From IMG/VR virus record IMGVR_UViG_2728369187_000005: DNA of 43,500 nucleotides. One strand, 5' to 3'. Below the pieces are notes generated by a model. That model had not been told where the DNA came from and did not search any database. It saw only the letters and a program-made list of their open reading frames with translations. How positions within the stretch are numbered: the first letter of the stretch is position 1; the number at the start of each line of letters is the position of its first letter. Source of the stretch: a virus. Its lineage: Duplodnaviria > Heunggongvirae > Uroviricota > Caudoviricetes. Shown piece by piece: positions 10,803 to 20,806 of this stretch. Position numbers and translations under genes: made by a program.

Positions 10803-11765
10803 TCAACTAATCGCATCAGCACTGGCTTTTGCGATCACGGCAGTCGGGGAGCATTTTTTTCTGGTTATCGTAGGTGCTTCATCTGCTGCGGTAATGCTCA
10901 ATTGAACCTGGATAATGTCAGTATTACCCCCATCAGGCCATTCACCTGACACCTGAACCTTCGGGAAACTGAAAGTGTATGCCCCCTCTCCATTCGAAAG
11001 CGTGAAGCTGAACGGAACTGTTTCTCCAGTCAGTGTTTTACTCCAGATTTCCCACGCGGCTTTAGACCATGAAAGCGTCACCGTACCGGACGGTGTAAAA
11101 GTAGTCGGAATATTTGCTCCTGCATAAGGCGAGCCAGTCCCGATACAACGCTGTGTCTGGAGTTTGTTATCGAACTGAATATCAAAACTGTCGATACAAA
11201 AACCGTTACCTCCGGCAACACCATTCAGGCTTACTGCTGAAACCGCCTTAAACGAATAGCGTAACTTTCCTGCACTATCCACAGGTTCGCCTTTGATAAA
11301 ATTCGTATCATCGGCCTTTGATTCCCAGCCCAGCCCGGCAAAGGTTACGGTCGCTGTAATATCGCCGTCGTTAGGGATCTGCATTTTCCATGAGCCAACC
11401 TGCGCTCCTCTGACGACAGAGGCAATTCCGACATCGGACGCATAGGTCGCCAGAGAAAATGTTATTCGCTCATTCCCCATTGTCAGAGAATCGCCTGACC
11501 ATTCCGCGCCGAAACAGGATGCAAGAAAATCATCATGTTGACCCCAGCGAAATTTGGTACCAACATCACCGCCGACATCCACAGTGCCAGGCGTCGCCCC
11601 CTGAGCCATCCGGGAGCCACCAATCTCATTATTTTCGCCTTTATTCTGGGTGGGTTTTACTCCCCAGCTTGTGCGTTTTAATAAACTCCAGTCACCACTT
11701 GCTGGCGTAGTGCCTGCAACTGTCTCCCGGATAAATGCCGAGATAACCTTTGCACCTGAACTCAC
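10803..11765 (-). CDS. major tail (tube) protein, with Ig-like C-terminal extension (inferred)
   Basis: 320-aa ORF immediately upstream of G/GT; Thr/Ser/Gly-rich C-terminal region. Confidence 0.7.
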   Translation of the reverse strand: MSSGAKVISAFIRETVAGTTPASGDWSLLKRTSWGVKPTQNKGENNEIGGSRMAQGATPGTVDVGGDVGTKFRWGQHDDFLASCFGAEWSGDSLTMGNERITFSLATYASDVGIASVVRGAQVGSWKMQIPNDGDITATVTFAGLGWESKADDTNFIKGEPVDSAGKLRYSFKAVSAVSLNGVAGGNGFCIDSFDIQFDNKLQTQRCIGTGSPYAGANIPTTFTPSGTVTLSWSKAAWEIWSKTLTGETVPFSFTLSNGEGAYTFSFPKVQVSGEWPDGGNTDIIQVQLSITAADEAPTITRKKCSPTAVIAKASADAIS

Positions 11766-11791
11766 AGGAGCCTCCTATGTCATTAATTGCG

Positions 11792-12184
11792 CTAGAGCGC
11801 GCGATATGGAATTTGAAGATTAAGCTGGAACCAGCCATTCTTTTCGCCGACGGCTATTGAGGAAACAGCCTGGTAACTGAGACGATCGTCATCCTGAAAC
11901 TCAAACAGTTCCCGCAATTTATCGGCTGTCTCAGTAATGAGTTTTGAACCAGAACCTGCGGGGACAAATAACTGAATAATGATTATCCCCGTGCGATAAA
12001 CAACCGGCCCCGCGCCAATTTCATTAACTCCAGCTTGCCCGGGAATATTACTTAACCGCGCCCAGATTAACTTACCGGAAGGATCGAACGTTGGCCCGTT
12101 CGGATACAATACGTCTTTTCCATCAATAATCGTCTGTGCCGTCATTCTGGAAATAACCGTATTTCTGATTTCAGTAAACTTCAT
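11792..12184 (-). CDS. tail terminator-like protein (by position)
   Basis: 130-aa ORF between the neck gene and major tail gene; 4-nt overlap with the upstream gene. Confidence 0.5.
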   Translation of the reverse strand: MKFTEIRNTVISRMTAQTIIDGKDVLYPNGPTFDPSGKLIWARLSNIPGQAGVNEIGAGPVVYRTGIIIIQLFVPAGSGSKLITETADKLRELFEFQDDDRLSYQAVSSIAVGEKNGWFQLNLQIPYRAL

Positions 12185-12561
12185 TTGTAAGCCTGTAAAA
12201 CACCATGAAAAGCGTTGGCATACACGCCAGTTGGCGCTTGTTGTGAATGACCGTTTTCAAGAGCCTCTGCATAAGGAAGGTTATTCTGGATATAAATAAC
12301 CCCGTAATTTGCAGCTTTCGAAATAACCCCGATCCCACGCTGAACAGCAATCGTACCGTTCGGATCCACGTTATCAGATATACCAAAATCGGGATGCTGT
12401 AACGACACCAGGTTGTTATTTCTGAAACGTCCGGTATCAACCGGAGCAGCAATATCAATAGCAGTAAGAATCTGAATAGCGATGTAGCGAATCTTCAGCC
12501 CTACATCTTCCTCAATCATCCCGGCAAATATTGACGGTTCTATATCCCATGCCTTTGCCAT
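12181..12561 (-). CDS. neck / tail completion protein (HK97 gp10-like)
   Basis: 126-aa ORF with PYAEALENGHSQQAPTG motif, recalled as typical of the HK97 gp10 family. Confidence 0.5.
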   Translation of the reverse strand: MAKAWDIEPSIFAGMIEEDVGLKIRYIAIQILTAIDIAAPVDTGRFRNNNLVSLQHPDFGISDNVDPNGTIAVQRGIGVISKAANYGVIYIQNNLPYAEALENGHSQQAPTGVYANAFHGVLQAYK

Positions 12562-12945
12562 TTACGCTCTCCTTAACTGGATAGAGTAAACTGATGCGGA
12601 AGGATCTACACTTGCTGTAATTACCTCGTATCGTTGTAACTGCCTTGATACAGGATCATAAATCTCAATAATATGGTCGACAGCTGGTTTATCCGTAACC
12701 TCGCATACCAGAGCGGTTAATTTAAGGTCACCATGCAAAATATTAATCCCATCAATTCTGCCCAGCTTATAACGTGTCAACACGCCTCGCCCGGTATAGA
12801 TTGCGGTGGATTCGCCGCCAGTTTCCGTCACAGGATCCCAGTGCCGGTGCGTAACGTAAGAACCAGAAAAATCACTCACGGCGTCCGCTAAATCCTCATC
12901 AAAAGCAGCGGCAACCTCTGACTGAATCTCTTCACGAAGCCCCAT
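12562..12945 (-). CDS. head closure / head-tail joining protein
   Basis: 127-aa ORF, translationally coupled within the head-tail connector gene series. Confidence 0.45.
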   Translation of the reverse strand: MGLREEIQSEVAAAFDEDLADAVSDFSGSYVTHRHWDPVTETGGESTAIYTGRGVLTRYKLGRIDGINILHGDLKLTALVCEVTDKPAVDHIIEIYDPVSRQLQRYEVITASVDPSASVYSIQLRRA

Positions 12946-13340
12946 TATCCCCCCCTCACAACCCTGACTTGTGAGCGACTAAGTCCGTACGGTTTCAGCA
13001 GTGCTATCGCAAGCTGTAAATCGGGTTCAAGCAATGCAGTGCTGTTTGCTGGCAACTCAGAAAATGATTTCGATACACTGACCCCGTCAGCCGACACGGC
13101 TTTACTGATAACAACGCCAGAATCATTTTTCTGCTGAAACAACTTACCGAATGAGGCAATTCTGGCTGCATATGCTCCCGCAAGTTTTACCTCTTCCGGA
13201 ATACGGGATGGGTTAATTTTCAGGTTGAAGCCATTAAGCCAGGCATTAGCCATTAAAACAGCTTTATTTTTAGCGTTCTCACTCGTCCAGGCGTTCCCAA
13301 ACGCATTATCAACGTCATCACAGGTCACGTAAGTGATCAT
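12945..13340 (-). CDS. head-tail adaptor / DNA packaging protein
   Basis: 131-aa ORF, first gene after the capsid gene terminator; ATGA overlap with the next gene. Confidence 0.45.
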   Translation of the reverse strand: MITYVTCDDVDNAFGNAWTSENAKNKAVLMANAWLNGFNLKINPSRIPEEVKLAGAYAARIASFGKLFQQKNDSGVVISKAVSADGVSVSKSFSELPANSTALLEPDLQLAIALLKPYGLSRSQVRVVRGG

Positions 13341-13343
13341 GTG

Positions 13344-13520
13344 TTACTCCTGAGTTTTCCAGCCCATAGCCTTCCAGTTGTCAACTTCATCAGGATGAAC
13401 ATTAGCGATAGTTGGTGCGCCGGGAAACATCTGATAATCGGTCACCATAACCACTAACTCAATTTGCGTTTTTTGTGCGGCTTCACGCTGTGCTCTTTGC
13501 TCTTTAGTTAATCCGGCCAT
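13344..13520 (-). CDS. small hypothetical protein (58 aa) downstream of the capsid gene
   Basis: ATG at 13520 just after the capsid terminator; stop 3 nt before the next gene start; below the ORF-track length cutoff. Confidence 0.35.
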   Translation of the reverse strand: MAGLTKEQRAQREAAQKTQIELVVMVTDYQMFPGAPTIANVHPDEVDNWKAMGWKTQE

Positions 13521-13534
13521 ATGCCCCCCATTAA

Positions 13535-13562
13535 AAATGGGGCCGAAGCCCCGTTTGAATGT
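13535..13562 (-). terminator. intrinsic terminator after the major capsid gene
   Basis: Minus-strand GGGGC-ttcg-GCCCC followed by ATTTTTAAT directly after the capsid stop. Confidence 0.55.
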
Positions 13563-14702
13563 TTAACCAAGAATCAGACAACCATGTGCCGGCTTCACTG
13601 ATGAAACACCCCATGCCAGTCCAACTTCATAGCGCACCTGGCGATACTGACGATACAGTGCAATCTGGAACGTAATCCCTGAAATCGGGTCCGTAACATT
13701 CATTACATCATCAGCATTATCGCCACCTTCCGGCATTGCCGGAGTACGGGATGCCAGCAGAAACGCGTTGCGATCAAACGCCATATTTGCAGTAAAGGCC
13801 CCAACAACTGTGATGGCAGTATCATCGGCCAGATCCTGACGCAGTCCGGGCGCTGCAAGAGTAATCAGATTGCTGGTCGCTGCTGCCACAACATACTGAT
13901 TCGGATCACCAGCGAACGTAACAATCTGACCTGCAGAAATACTCCCCGAACCAGTATCAATGGAAATAAGAACATCGCCTTCTTTTTTCTCTCCATTCAC
14001 GAGATAACCAGTTGCAGCAACCTTTGGCGCTCGTTTCACACCTGCCGAACTGTGAATATTGAATCCCTCCAGACGCCCCAACACGCCCTCACGCAGTAGC
14101 TGTTCAGTGCCGGATTCATTCACTTTAAACAATACAGACTGTTTTCCGCGCAAATTAGCAATGGCAGTGGAGCCAAGCACCATCTGCAGATCGGTTGTCG
14201 GTGCGCCGTTATCCTCCAGAACCTGACGAGCCAGAGCAGCATCAGAAAGATCATCTTTAACACCAAACGGCGTTGTCCCTGCGGTTCCCACGGCGCGGGA
14301 AGCACCGAAATACAACGCACCAAGATCAGCCTCAACCTCGTTTGCAAGGGCGCGAAAAGCCTGCTTGAACTGATCAGCCAGAATGGTGTTGTAAGTCCCT
14401 GAAGGGCCAAGAGCCAGTTGTTCTTCACCATTCCATTTAACCGGTGCCATTTTGGATTTAGTAATTTTTACATCAACAGTGCCAATATTTTGATCACCGG
14501 TATTCGGAGCTGACGGCCCCGGTACGATATCTTCGGTTTTCGCCTCAGGCGCAACTGGCGCGGTTACCGTCTGATCTTTTGCTGCGGCGTCAGCTTTTGC
14601 GTTTTTTGCTACCGCAGGGATAAAACCTACCTGCTCACGGGATACAACATCCAGGGCGGTATAAATAGTCGGGATCAACCCGGTCAGGGTATTTCCAGCC
14701 AT
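13563..14702 (-). CDS. major capsid protein
   Basis: ORF 13563-14795; internal start MAGNTLTGLIPTIY at 14702 chosen (AAGGAA 9 nt upstream); follows the scaffold gene. Confidence 0.8.
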   Translation of the reverse strand: MAGNTLTGLIPTIYTALDVVSREQVGFIPAVAKNAKADAAAKDQTVTAPVAPEAKTEDIVPGPSAPNTGDQNIGTVDVKITKSKMAPVKWNGEEQLALGPSGTYNTILADQFKQAFRALANEVEADLGALYFGASRAVGTAGTTPFGVKDDLSDAALARQVLEDNGAPTTDLQMVLGSTAIANLRGKQSVLFKVNESGTEQLLREGVLGRLEGFNIHSSAGVKRAPKVAATGYLVNGEKKEGDVLISIDTGSGSISAGQIVTFAGDPNQYVVAAATSNLITLAAPGLRQDLADDTAITVVGAFTANMAFDRNAFLLASRTPAMPEGGDNADDVMNVTDPISGITFQIALYRQYRQVRYEVGLAWGVSSVKPAHGCLILG

Positions 14703-14800
14703 AATTAAATATTCCTTAAAAATTTGCGTAATTGTGAATAGATGGAGTAATGAGCTATCCAGCCCTGACACCAGCTCCCATCCGGAAGCTGACAAATGTG

Positions 14801-15565
14801 TTAATCAACGATTGTGATACCGTCTTTCAATGCGTTTTGCTTACCTGCAACATCCAGTGCATCAAAAGCAGAGCGTTTCATCGTTTTCTGACCAATATCA
14901 TGCTGTGTCGGACGGGAGCCGCCGCCATTGTTGCCACTGGCTTTCAGGATGTAGTCTTTCTGAGGGTAATTTTCGACAAGGAACTCCAGCGCCTCATCAA
15001 ACTGCGCCAGTTCGCCAGGCTTCGCGCGGGAATAAATTTTGTTGCCGGAAGCGTCATAAGCAACGATCCTCCCTTCTTCCACTTTGAATGCCTGCCCGAA
15101 GCGGGCTTGTAATAAATCTGCCGGGATCGCAATTTTATCGGCAATATATTTTGAACCCGCAAAACTACCGCCAATCATAGAATCGTAAAGCTGCTTCTCC
15201 AGCATCTGAGAGCGTTGCTTTTCTTCATCTAATTGCTGCTGAAAATTTTTCGTAATTTCTGCCTTAACCTGGTCAACCTGTCCCGCATCGAGCAGCTTTT
15301 TCTGGTCGATTTTTGACAGCATTTCCAGTGCCTCGATCGCCTTCTTCGGGTCTTCGATAGCGGCAAACTTAGCCAGTTTTTCCTCTGCAGCTTCTTTAGC
15401 CAGGCGATGATTTTTTGCCTCGCCATTAAGCTCTGTAATTTTTTTTGTCGCCAGCGGTGCATCGAAGCCAATTTCTTTACCATCGTCGTGCACATAAACT
15501 GGCAGGCCAGCAGTATCAATTTCTGCGTATTGTTTTCCGTTAATCTCGACCGTTTTCAGTTTCAT
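14801..15565 (-). CDS. capsid scaffolding protein
   Basis: Acidic coiled-coil-rich ORF; start MKLKTVEINGKQY at 15565 chosen; sits between head morphogenesis and capsid genes. Confidence 0.65.
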   Translation of the reverse strand: MKLKTVEINGKQYAEIDTAGLPVYVHDDGKEIGFDAPLATKKITELNGEAKNHRLAKEAAEEKLAKFAAIEDPKKAIEALEMLSKIDQKKLLDAGQVDQVKAEITKNFQQQLDEEKQRSQMLEKQLYDSMIGGSFAGSKYIADKIAIPADLLQARFGQAFKVEEGRIVAYDASGNKIYSRAKPGELAQFDEALEFLVENYPQKDYILKASGNNGGGSRPTQHDIGQKTMKRSAFDALDVAGKQNALKDGITIVD

Positions 15566-15669
15566 ATTAGTACCTGGTTTAAGTCTTCCGACAGTTACGC
15601 TGCTCACCATCCGGATCGCAGCAATAAAAAAGGCCACCCGAAGGTAGCCTGTTGTAATAAATGATTTAT

Positions 15670-16785
15670 TTAAATCCCTGCTTTTCTGAATACCTGTGCA
15701 TCACGCTCACGGAGCTGCTTCAGCGTCAGCCATTCGCCTTTATCGGTGTAAAATTCATCTGGCGACATACCACCATCCCGAATCAGCTTTGCTCGGGTTT
15801 CCCCCACAATCTGTTTTTGTCTGGTGTAAGGCTGACGCAAAAACCATTCCCTGTAGGTTGTATCTCCGGCCACCACGCCATCCATGCTGGCCCGCTCAGC
15901 CGGGGAAATATCGCGAACATCAATACCCAGTTCCTTCGCTGATTTCAGAATGAACGTTTCCGTTGAGCGGCAGCAGAAATGAATTTTTCCCGGCCCCTGC
16001 AAATAAGGCACGCTGTGACCTACAGGTTTATTATTCAGCGTATATTTGAGGCGATCCCTGATTCGACATTGTGGCGTAGTACGATTATCAAGCGTTGATA
16101 ACCATTGCTTACCCTTAATCAAATCATTATTCGCGCTGGCAAAACTCTCACGGGCAGTAGCAGCAAGATGTCCAACCGCTGTTTTTGCAATGCTGGCCGC
16201 ATTAGCCCGGCTCATCTGCAATGCACCATCCTGAAATCCCTTACTGACATGTCCCCGAATTTTTCTTGCGATCTGCTCATTGGTATCCCCCAGCAAAAAA
16301 CCCTGACGCACTGTATTTGTTATGCGTCTGAGCCGATCCGCTTCAAGATCTGAGGCCCACTCACTGAGCAGTCGTCCCTGGAATGGTCGCGCCATTGCAG
16401 CGGCATAAAGTGCATCAGGAGAGATACCAACCAGAGGGTGAACATCAGCAACAAAATCAGGTAGCATAGAATCAAACAGACTTAACTGATAACCAGCCTC
16501 ATAAATTGCCAGCTCGTTCAGCTCTCCGGAGAGACTGGTAAACATGCTGTTAATAGCAGTGCGGTTAACCTCTCTGACGCTCGCCAGAAGTGACTCCAGG
16601 CGCTTAACGGTAAAACTACCTGGATCGAGGCTGTCCAGTGCTATCAGCAGGCGAGCAGTAAGTTCCGCATCGCTGTCATTCAGTATTTTCACCATTCTGG
16701 CAGCCACGCCAGTGCTATAGCGGGATATCCAGACTGCATGAGCAATTGATTCATCACGCAGCCGTTCATTCACGGTTTGCATCAT
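15670..16785 (-). CDS. head morphogenesis protein (SPP1 gp7 / Mu F-like minor capsid protein)
   Basis: 371-aa ORF directly downstream of and overlapping the portal gene. Confidence 0.7.
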   Translation of the reverse strand: MMQTVNERLRDESIAHAVWISRYSTGVAARMVKILNDSDAELTARLLIALDSLDPGSFTVKRLESLLASVREVNRTAINSMFTSLSGELNELAIYEAGYQLSLFDSMLPDFVADVHPLVGISPDALYAAAMARPFQGRLLSEWASDLEADRLRRITNTVRQGFLLGDTNEQIARKIRGHVSKGFQDGALQMSRANAASIAKTAVGHLAATARESFASANNDLIKGKQWLSTLDNRTTPQCRIRDRLKYTLNNKPVGHSVPYLQGPGKIHFCCRSTETFILKSAKELGIDVRDISPAERASMDGVVAGDTTYREWFLRQPYTRQKQIVGETRAKLIRDGGMSPDEFYTDKGEWLTLKQLRERDAQVFRKAGI

Positions 16786-18172
16786 TGATTTCCATCAGCA
16801 TTACACTCTGATTTTTTAATTCATCGATCACTTCCTCTGGACGGGAATCCTGATCGATAAATTTCAACGCCTGCAACACCCGAACCGCATCAATCTGACG
16901 TATATCACCGCCCTGACGCAATGACTGAACAGCCAGCGCGGAGGATGAGTCAAACACCTGGGCAGATACATCCAGTTCAGTGCGCACATCCACATTGCCA
17001 CCGCAACTCTCTCCGATCCATTCCGCCATTATCTGGAGAATATTATCGAGGGCATCTTCGAGGGAGTTCGCCATTGTATAAAGCGGCGAGTTTTCCTGCA
17101 TTCGCTCTTCATTAGTCTGATCAACAGATTTGGTGGATGTATTTTCAGCACGCAGAAGTTTAGCGCCGGCATGACGCATCTGATTTTCCAGCTTCTCAAG
17201 TGATGTTTCGCCAGATTCTATCGCTGCGCCACTATGTTCAACATATTCGAGGCCATTTTTTGTTCTGTCCTCAAAAATCGTAGCGGTGGATGCACCAACC
17301 GTCAGTTCTTCATTCCTGTCCAGCCCGTAGGCCACCAGCAATGGAACGCGGGCAACATGAAGAATATTGTCCTGCTCGCTCTGGCTTTGCCAGTGCTTGA
17401 TATTCAGCAAGCCAAGATTAAGCAATGGCGGTGTACCACGCATAAATCCTGTTTTCTTCGTGTACAGTGTTACCAGAGGAATATCATCACGGCTGGTATT
17501 CCATGACTCATGAAGCGTCCAGACAGATTCGCCATTAGTGCCTTCGCTACGTCGATAAATTTCAACTCGACGGGGCATAATATGGCGGATCTGCTCCACC
17601 TTCTTCTGCCCGAAATCATCACCATCAATAATGATGACCTCTTTTATACGCAAATCAGTGAGAACAACTTTCCCTTGTTCAACTTTCGATTTCCATCCAA
17701 TAACCTGGCGTGGATTCAGCATCGTAACGTACGGACGACCACCGGCCGCGTTTTCATCGGCTTTTGTCCGAATCTCTTTCATATCCGTTCGTGGATAGTC
17801 CACCAGCGCATGTGCCACACCATACTGAAATGCGAGGCTGAAAAATTGCTGCGCCCACACATCCAGTCGGCTCCCCTCCATGTCGATATTTTCTGCATAT
17901 TCCCTGATTTTTGCCGGCGTTTCCTCACTCAATACTGTCGGCTCTGCAAATATGCGCCCAATATTTTGCTTGATGCTTTCTTCATACACAGGAAGTAGCG
18001 TAGCCACAGACAGGCGTTTTTTATAAGCGTCTTCATCTTCGTTAGGCCATTTTGGGAGATAATTTTCCCCCTGCCTGCGCATTTCAAGCGTACCGCCCAT
18101 CAGTGCGTCGTTAATATCCCACGCCTCCAGCATATCGTTATAGTCGAGGTTGGGTGTTGATATATCAGCCAT
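16766..18172 (-). CDS. portal protein
   Basis: 468-aa ORF directly after the terminase large subunit. Confidence 0.8.
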   Translation of the reverse strand: MADISTPNLDYNDMLEAWDINDALMGGTLEMRRQGENYLPKWPNEDEDAYKKRLSVATLLPVYEESIKQNIGRIFAEPTVLSEETPAKIREYAENIDMEGSRLDVWAQQFFSLAFQYGVAHALVDYPRTDMKEIRTKADENAAGGRPYVTMLNPRQVIGWKSKVEQGKVVLTDLRIKEVIIIDGDDFGQKKVEQIRHIMPRRVEIYRRSEGTNGESVWTLHESWNTSRDDIPLVTLYTKKTGFMRGTPPLLNLGLLNIKHWQSQSEQDNILHVARVPLLVAYGLDRNEELTVGASTATIFEDRTKNGLEYVEHSGAAIESGETSLEKLENQMRHAGAKLLRAENTSTKSVDQTNEERMQENSPLYTMANSLEDALDNILQIMAEWIGESCGGNVDVRTELDVSAQVFDSSSALAVQSLRQGGDIRQIDAVRVLQALKFIDQDSRPEEVIDELKNQSVMLMEINDANRE

Positions 18173-18174
18173 AA

Positions 18175-19485
18175 TTAAATCCGAAGTGATGTGACTCTTC
18201 CGGTCGGTTTGACAATAGGGAATTGCTTAACGATGAAATAACCTCCGGCATCATTCGGGTGATCATTGCCAGATTTTTTATCAGGCTCCCCCTTCTCATC
18301 CCAGACCTGTTGCTCCAGAGATTCGGCATATAACGGGCAACGCTTCACATTAACTTTATAGCGACGCTCACCATTGGCATTGCAGAACATTGCATTCATT
18401 GAGTTAACGCGATCTTTTACTGGCGGGTTCGAGCTGTTCACCACAACGTTAAAACCAGCCTGCTTAAGCTGGGCTATATCCGTCGTACTTGCGTTACTTG
18501 ATTTTCTGGAATCCCCGGAAGCATCTGGATAAATATAAATTTCCCTCACTTTCCGGTAATCATTCCCATCATACAGCCAGAAGCGTTCTTTAATGATGCG
18601 GATCATATCCGGCGTATCGTAGGCATTGATGATTTCAGTTACCGCACATGGAAGCCCCAAACGCAGCACATGGACGATTCCCGCCATCTTTCCAACGTTA
18701 AAATCCATCCCAATATAAATCGGCTCCCCTGGCTGCTCCACTTCTTCGCAATTATTCAGTTTCCGGTCAAACTGATGGTAAACAGTACCACTTGTCAGGT
18801 TAGTAAACTGTCCTCGAAGATAGGCTTTAATCAGCTCTGGAGGGTATGATTCAAGAAGCGAAGGAATGTAATCTGCTGGCAGGTTCTTTTCATTATCGAA
18901 AGTAGATGCCTGCACCAGACCATACAGTGAGGCCAGCTCTGTTTTTTCACGCACGGCTTTAACAAACTGCTCGTAGACAAATTTGAATCCTTCCGGCGTG
19001 GTTGTAACGTCAATACCGTTGCGAAGTCCATCAATCTTATAACGCATACGTGCAATTATCTTGCGCCACGCCGTTCTGGCTTTTTCCTTCGGCAAAATGT
19101 CCAGTTCATCCACCAACGCATTACCAATTTTGAAACCGACGATCGTTTGTGGCTTCTCCATCGATCTGCAGATAGTGGTTCCCCGATACTGGCGTCCGTA
19201 ATAAAAGTGAACCTCTTTATTTCCCTCATTAATTTTTACGTTCAATCCCCAGTCAGCAGCAACTTCTTCCACTGTAGGGTAAAAAATATCGCGAATTTGG
19301 GGATACGTTGGCGCAAAATATCCCTGATTTATACCTGGATGCTCCCAAATCCCCTTGCATATGCCGCCACACCCAACCCATGTTTTGCCCGAGCCAAAAC
19401 CAGCAATATAGGCTTTAAATTTATGGGGCATTGAAAGAAATCGCGCCTGAGGCACATTAAGCGTCGGAGAGATCATCTTCATCAC
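18175..19485 (-). CDS. terminase large subunit
   Basis: 436-aa ORF with Walker A-like AGFGSGKT near the N-terminus and acidic nuclease-type C-terminal half. Confidence 0.85.
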   Translation of the reverse strand: MMKMISPTLNVPQARFLSMPHKFKAYIAGFGSGKTWVGCGGICKGIWEHPGINQGYFAPTYPQIRDIFYPTVEEVAADWGLNVKINEGNKEVHFYYGRQYRGTTICRSMEKPQTIVGFKIGNALVDELDILPKEKARTAWRKIIARMRYKIDGLRNGIDVTTTPEGFKFVYEQFVKAVREKTELASLYGLVQASTFDNEKNLPADYIPSLLESYPPELIKAYLRGQFTNLTSGTVYHQFDRKLNNCEEVEQPGEPIYIGMDFNVGKMAGIVHVLRLGLPCAVTEIINAYDTPDMIRIIKERFWLYDGNDYRKVREIYIYPDASGDSRKSSNASTTDIAQLKQAGFNVVVNSSNPPVKDRVNSMNAMFCNANGERRYKVNVKRCPLYAESLEQQVWDEKGEPDKKSGNDHPNDAGGYFIVKQFPIVKPTGRVTSLRI

Positions 19486-20551
19486 TCCTTACTCTGGCAT
19501 CAACCACATTAATATTGATCGCCACAGGCTGGGGATGTTCATTATCTTCCACCGTTTCGATCTCTTTGCGCAGCTTCTGGTTTTCCATTCTGCGCCGTTC
19601 AATTTCCAGTTCCTGTAGCCGCTTATCTGCACATAAAGCCCCGCCAGCAGAAAGCAAACGCAACAATTCACGCCGGGCGGCAGCCTTATCCTCCAGCAGG
19701 ATCTCAACGCCGAATTTTCCGAATTTTGCCCCTGCATATAATTGCCGCGCATCCCCATCAAGCAGAGTGGTATCAGCCATATAAAGCTGTCCCGTTCCCT
19801 CACCGCAGCACTTCGGGCAGTCCGGATTGGGTATGGCGTTATCAACAAAGCCGAGGCCTCCATATTCCGGTTCGGGTTTGCCATCTCTGGAAGCCTGCGC
19901 CGCTGCCTTGTCGAATTCTGCTATATCGCGCCACTGGTAGAGATGATTCTCGCCCCAGCAATAACGGCAGTTAACACGGCGAAATTGTGCAAGCTGATTG
20001 GGGTCGGCCAGGACAATGGCCATCAACTGACTCACTAGTAAATCCAGGTCTGCGGAATAGCGTTTCTGGTACTGATTGCGGAAGTAGCTGATAGCGCGAA
20101 AAACCCTGGCATTTCTAAGCATACGACTGGCGTTGCTATTAGCTGTCGCACCTTGCCCCTCATAACCGGCTAGTCGGTACGCCTCTGTCGGCTTTTTACC
20201 CTGAGCAACAAGCATCGCAAACTTAGCCTGCTGGTCAGAAATGCCGAATTCATCGGGACAGAACGAAAATTCCTCCGCGTCGCCCTCATTCAGGCCCGCA
20301 TCGAATACTGGCTTTTTTTCCTGAGATTTTTCGTTCCGCTTTTGTGCAGTCTGCGCAGATTTTTTCTGCGCACTTTTTTGCGCAGTTTTGCACATTTCTG
20401 TCTGCGCATTTTTCGGAGTTTTTTTGATGTAACGACGGGCTGTTGCGTAATTCAGTCCCCTTGCTTCACACCATGCCACCGGAGATATACCGGAGCGGGT
20501 GTATTCAGCAATATACTCCTGCTGCAACGCCCCCCAGTCCGGTCTGCTCAT
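19457..20551 (-). CDS. putative terminase small subunit / DNA packaging protein
   Basis: 364-aa ORF overlapping the terminase large gene start; N-terminal HTH-like segment, Lys/Gln-rich linker, Cys-x2-Cys...Cys-x2-Cys-Cys cluster. Confidence 0.55.
   Translation of the reverse strand: MSRPDWGALQQEYIAEYTRSGISPVAWCEARGLNYATARRYIKKTPKNAQTEMCKTAQKSAQKKSAQTAQKRNEKSQEKKPVFDAGLNEGDAEEFSFCPDEFGISDQQAKFAMLVAQGKKPTEAYRLAGYEGQGATANSNASRMLRNARVFRAISYFRNQYQKRYSADLDLLVSQLMAIVLADPNQLAQFRRVNCRYCWGENHLYQWRDIAEFDKAAAQASRDGKPEPEYGGLGFVDNAIPNPDCPKCCGEGTGQLYMADTTLLDGDARQLYAGAKFGKFGVEILLEDKAAARRELLRLLSAGGALCADKRLQELEIERRRMENQKLRKEIETVEDNEHPQPVAININVVDARVRSDEDDLSDA
20351..20417. repeat. five imperfect tandem CTGCGCA-N-T(4-6) repeats inside the terminase small subunit gene (candidate pac-associated element)
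   Basis: ctgcgcagatttttt / ctgcgcactttttt / gcgcagtttt / gcacatttctg / ctgcgcatttttcgg. Confidence 0.4.
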
Positions 20552-20554
20552 CAG

Positions 20555-20806
20555 TTAGTCCTGATTTTTATCCACCCTGAGTAGTTCGCGCAGAGCAAAG
20601 GCATCCCCTTTTCTGGCAAGCTTAAACAATGCCGCTCGTAACTCGGCTTCACCTTTCGCTCTGCCCTTACGGATGGCCGCATAAAAATCTGTCATTGCTT
20701 CCCGATTTTCTTTCAGTCGGTTCAGATCAACATCCAGAACGTCAGCGATTTGTTGTGCAGTCATCCGGCACGCTGCCAGAGACTCGACTTTCGAATACGG
20801 AATCAT
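20555..20806 (-). CDS. small HTH-like protein of unknown function
   Basis: 83-aa ORF; stop 3 nt before the terminase small subunit start; overlaps the upstream gene by 65 nt. Confidence 0.5.
   Translation of the reverse strand: MIPYSKVESLAACRMTAQQIADVLDVDLNRLKENREAMTDFYAAIRKGRAKGEAELRAALFKLARKGDAFALRELLRVDKNQD

Noticed and set aside
14703-15637. N-terminal extensions of the capsid (to 14795) and scaffold (to 15637) ORFs given by the ORF track
   Set aside because: Internal ATGs at 14702 and 15565 have proper Shine-Dalgarno sequences and avoid long overlaps with upstream genes; the extensions are probably read-through of upstream in-frame DNA
17510-17998. 162-aa plus-strand ORF inside the portal gene
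   Set aside because: Antisense to the confidently called portal ORF, no start context, low-complexity translation
20351-20417. Short tandem repeats considered as a possible CRISPR array or mobile-element end
   Set aside because: Units are only 10-15 bp, imperfect, without spacers and lie inside a coding sequence; interpreted instead as a candidate pac-associated repeat
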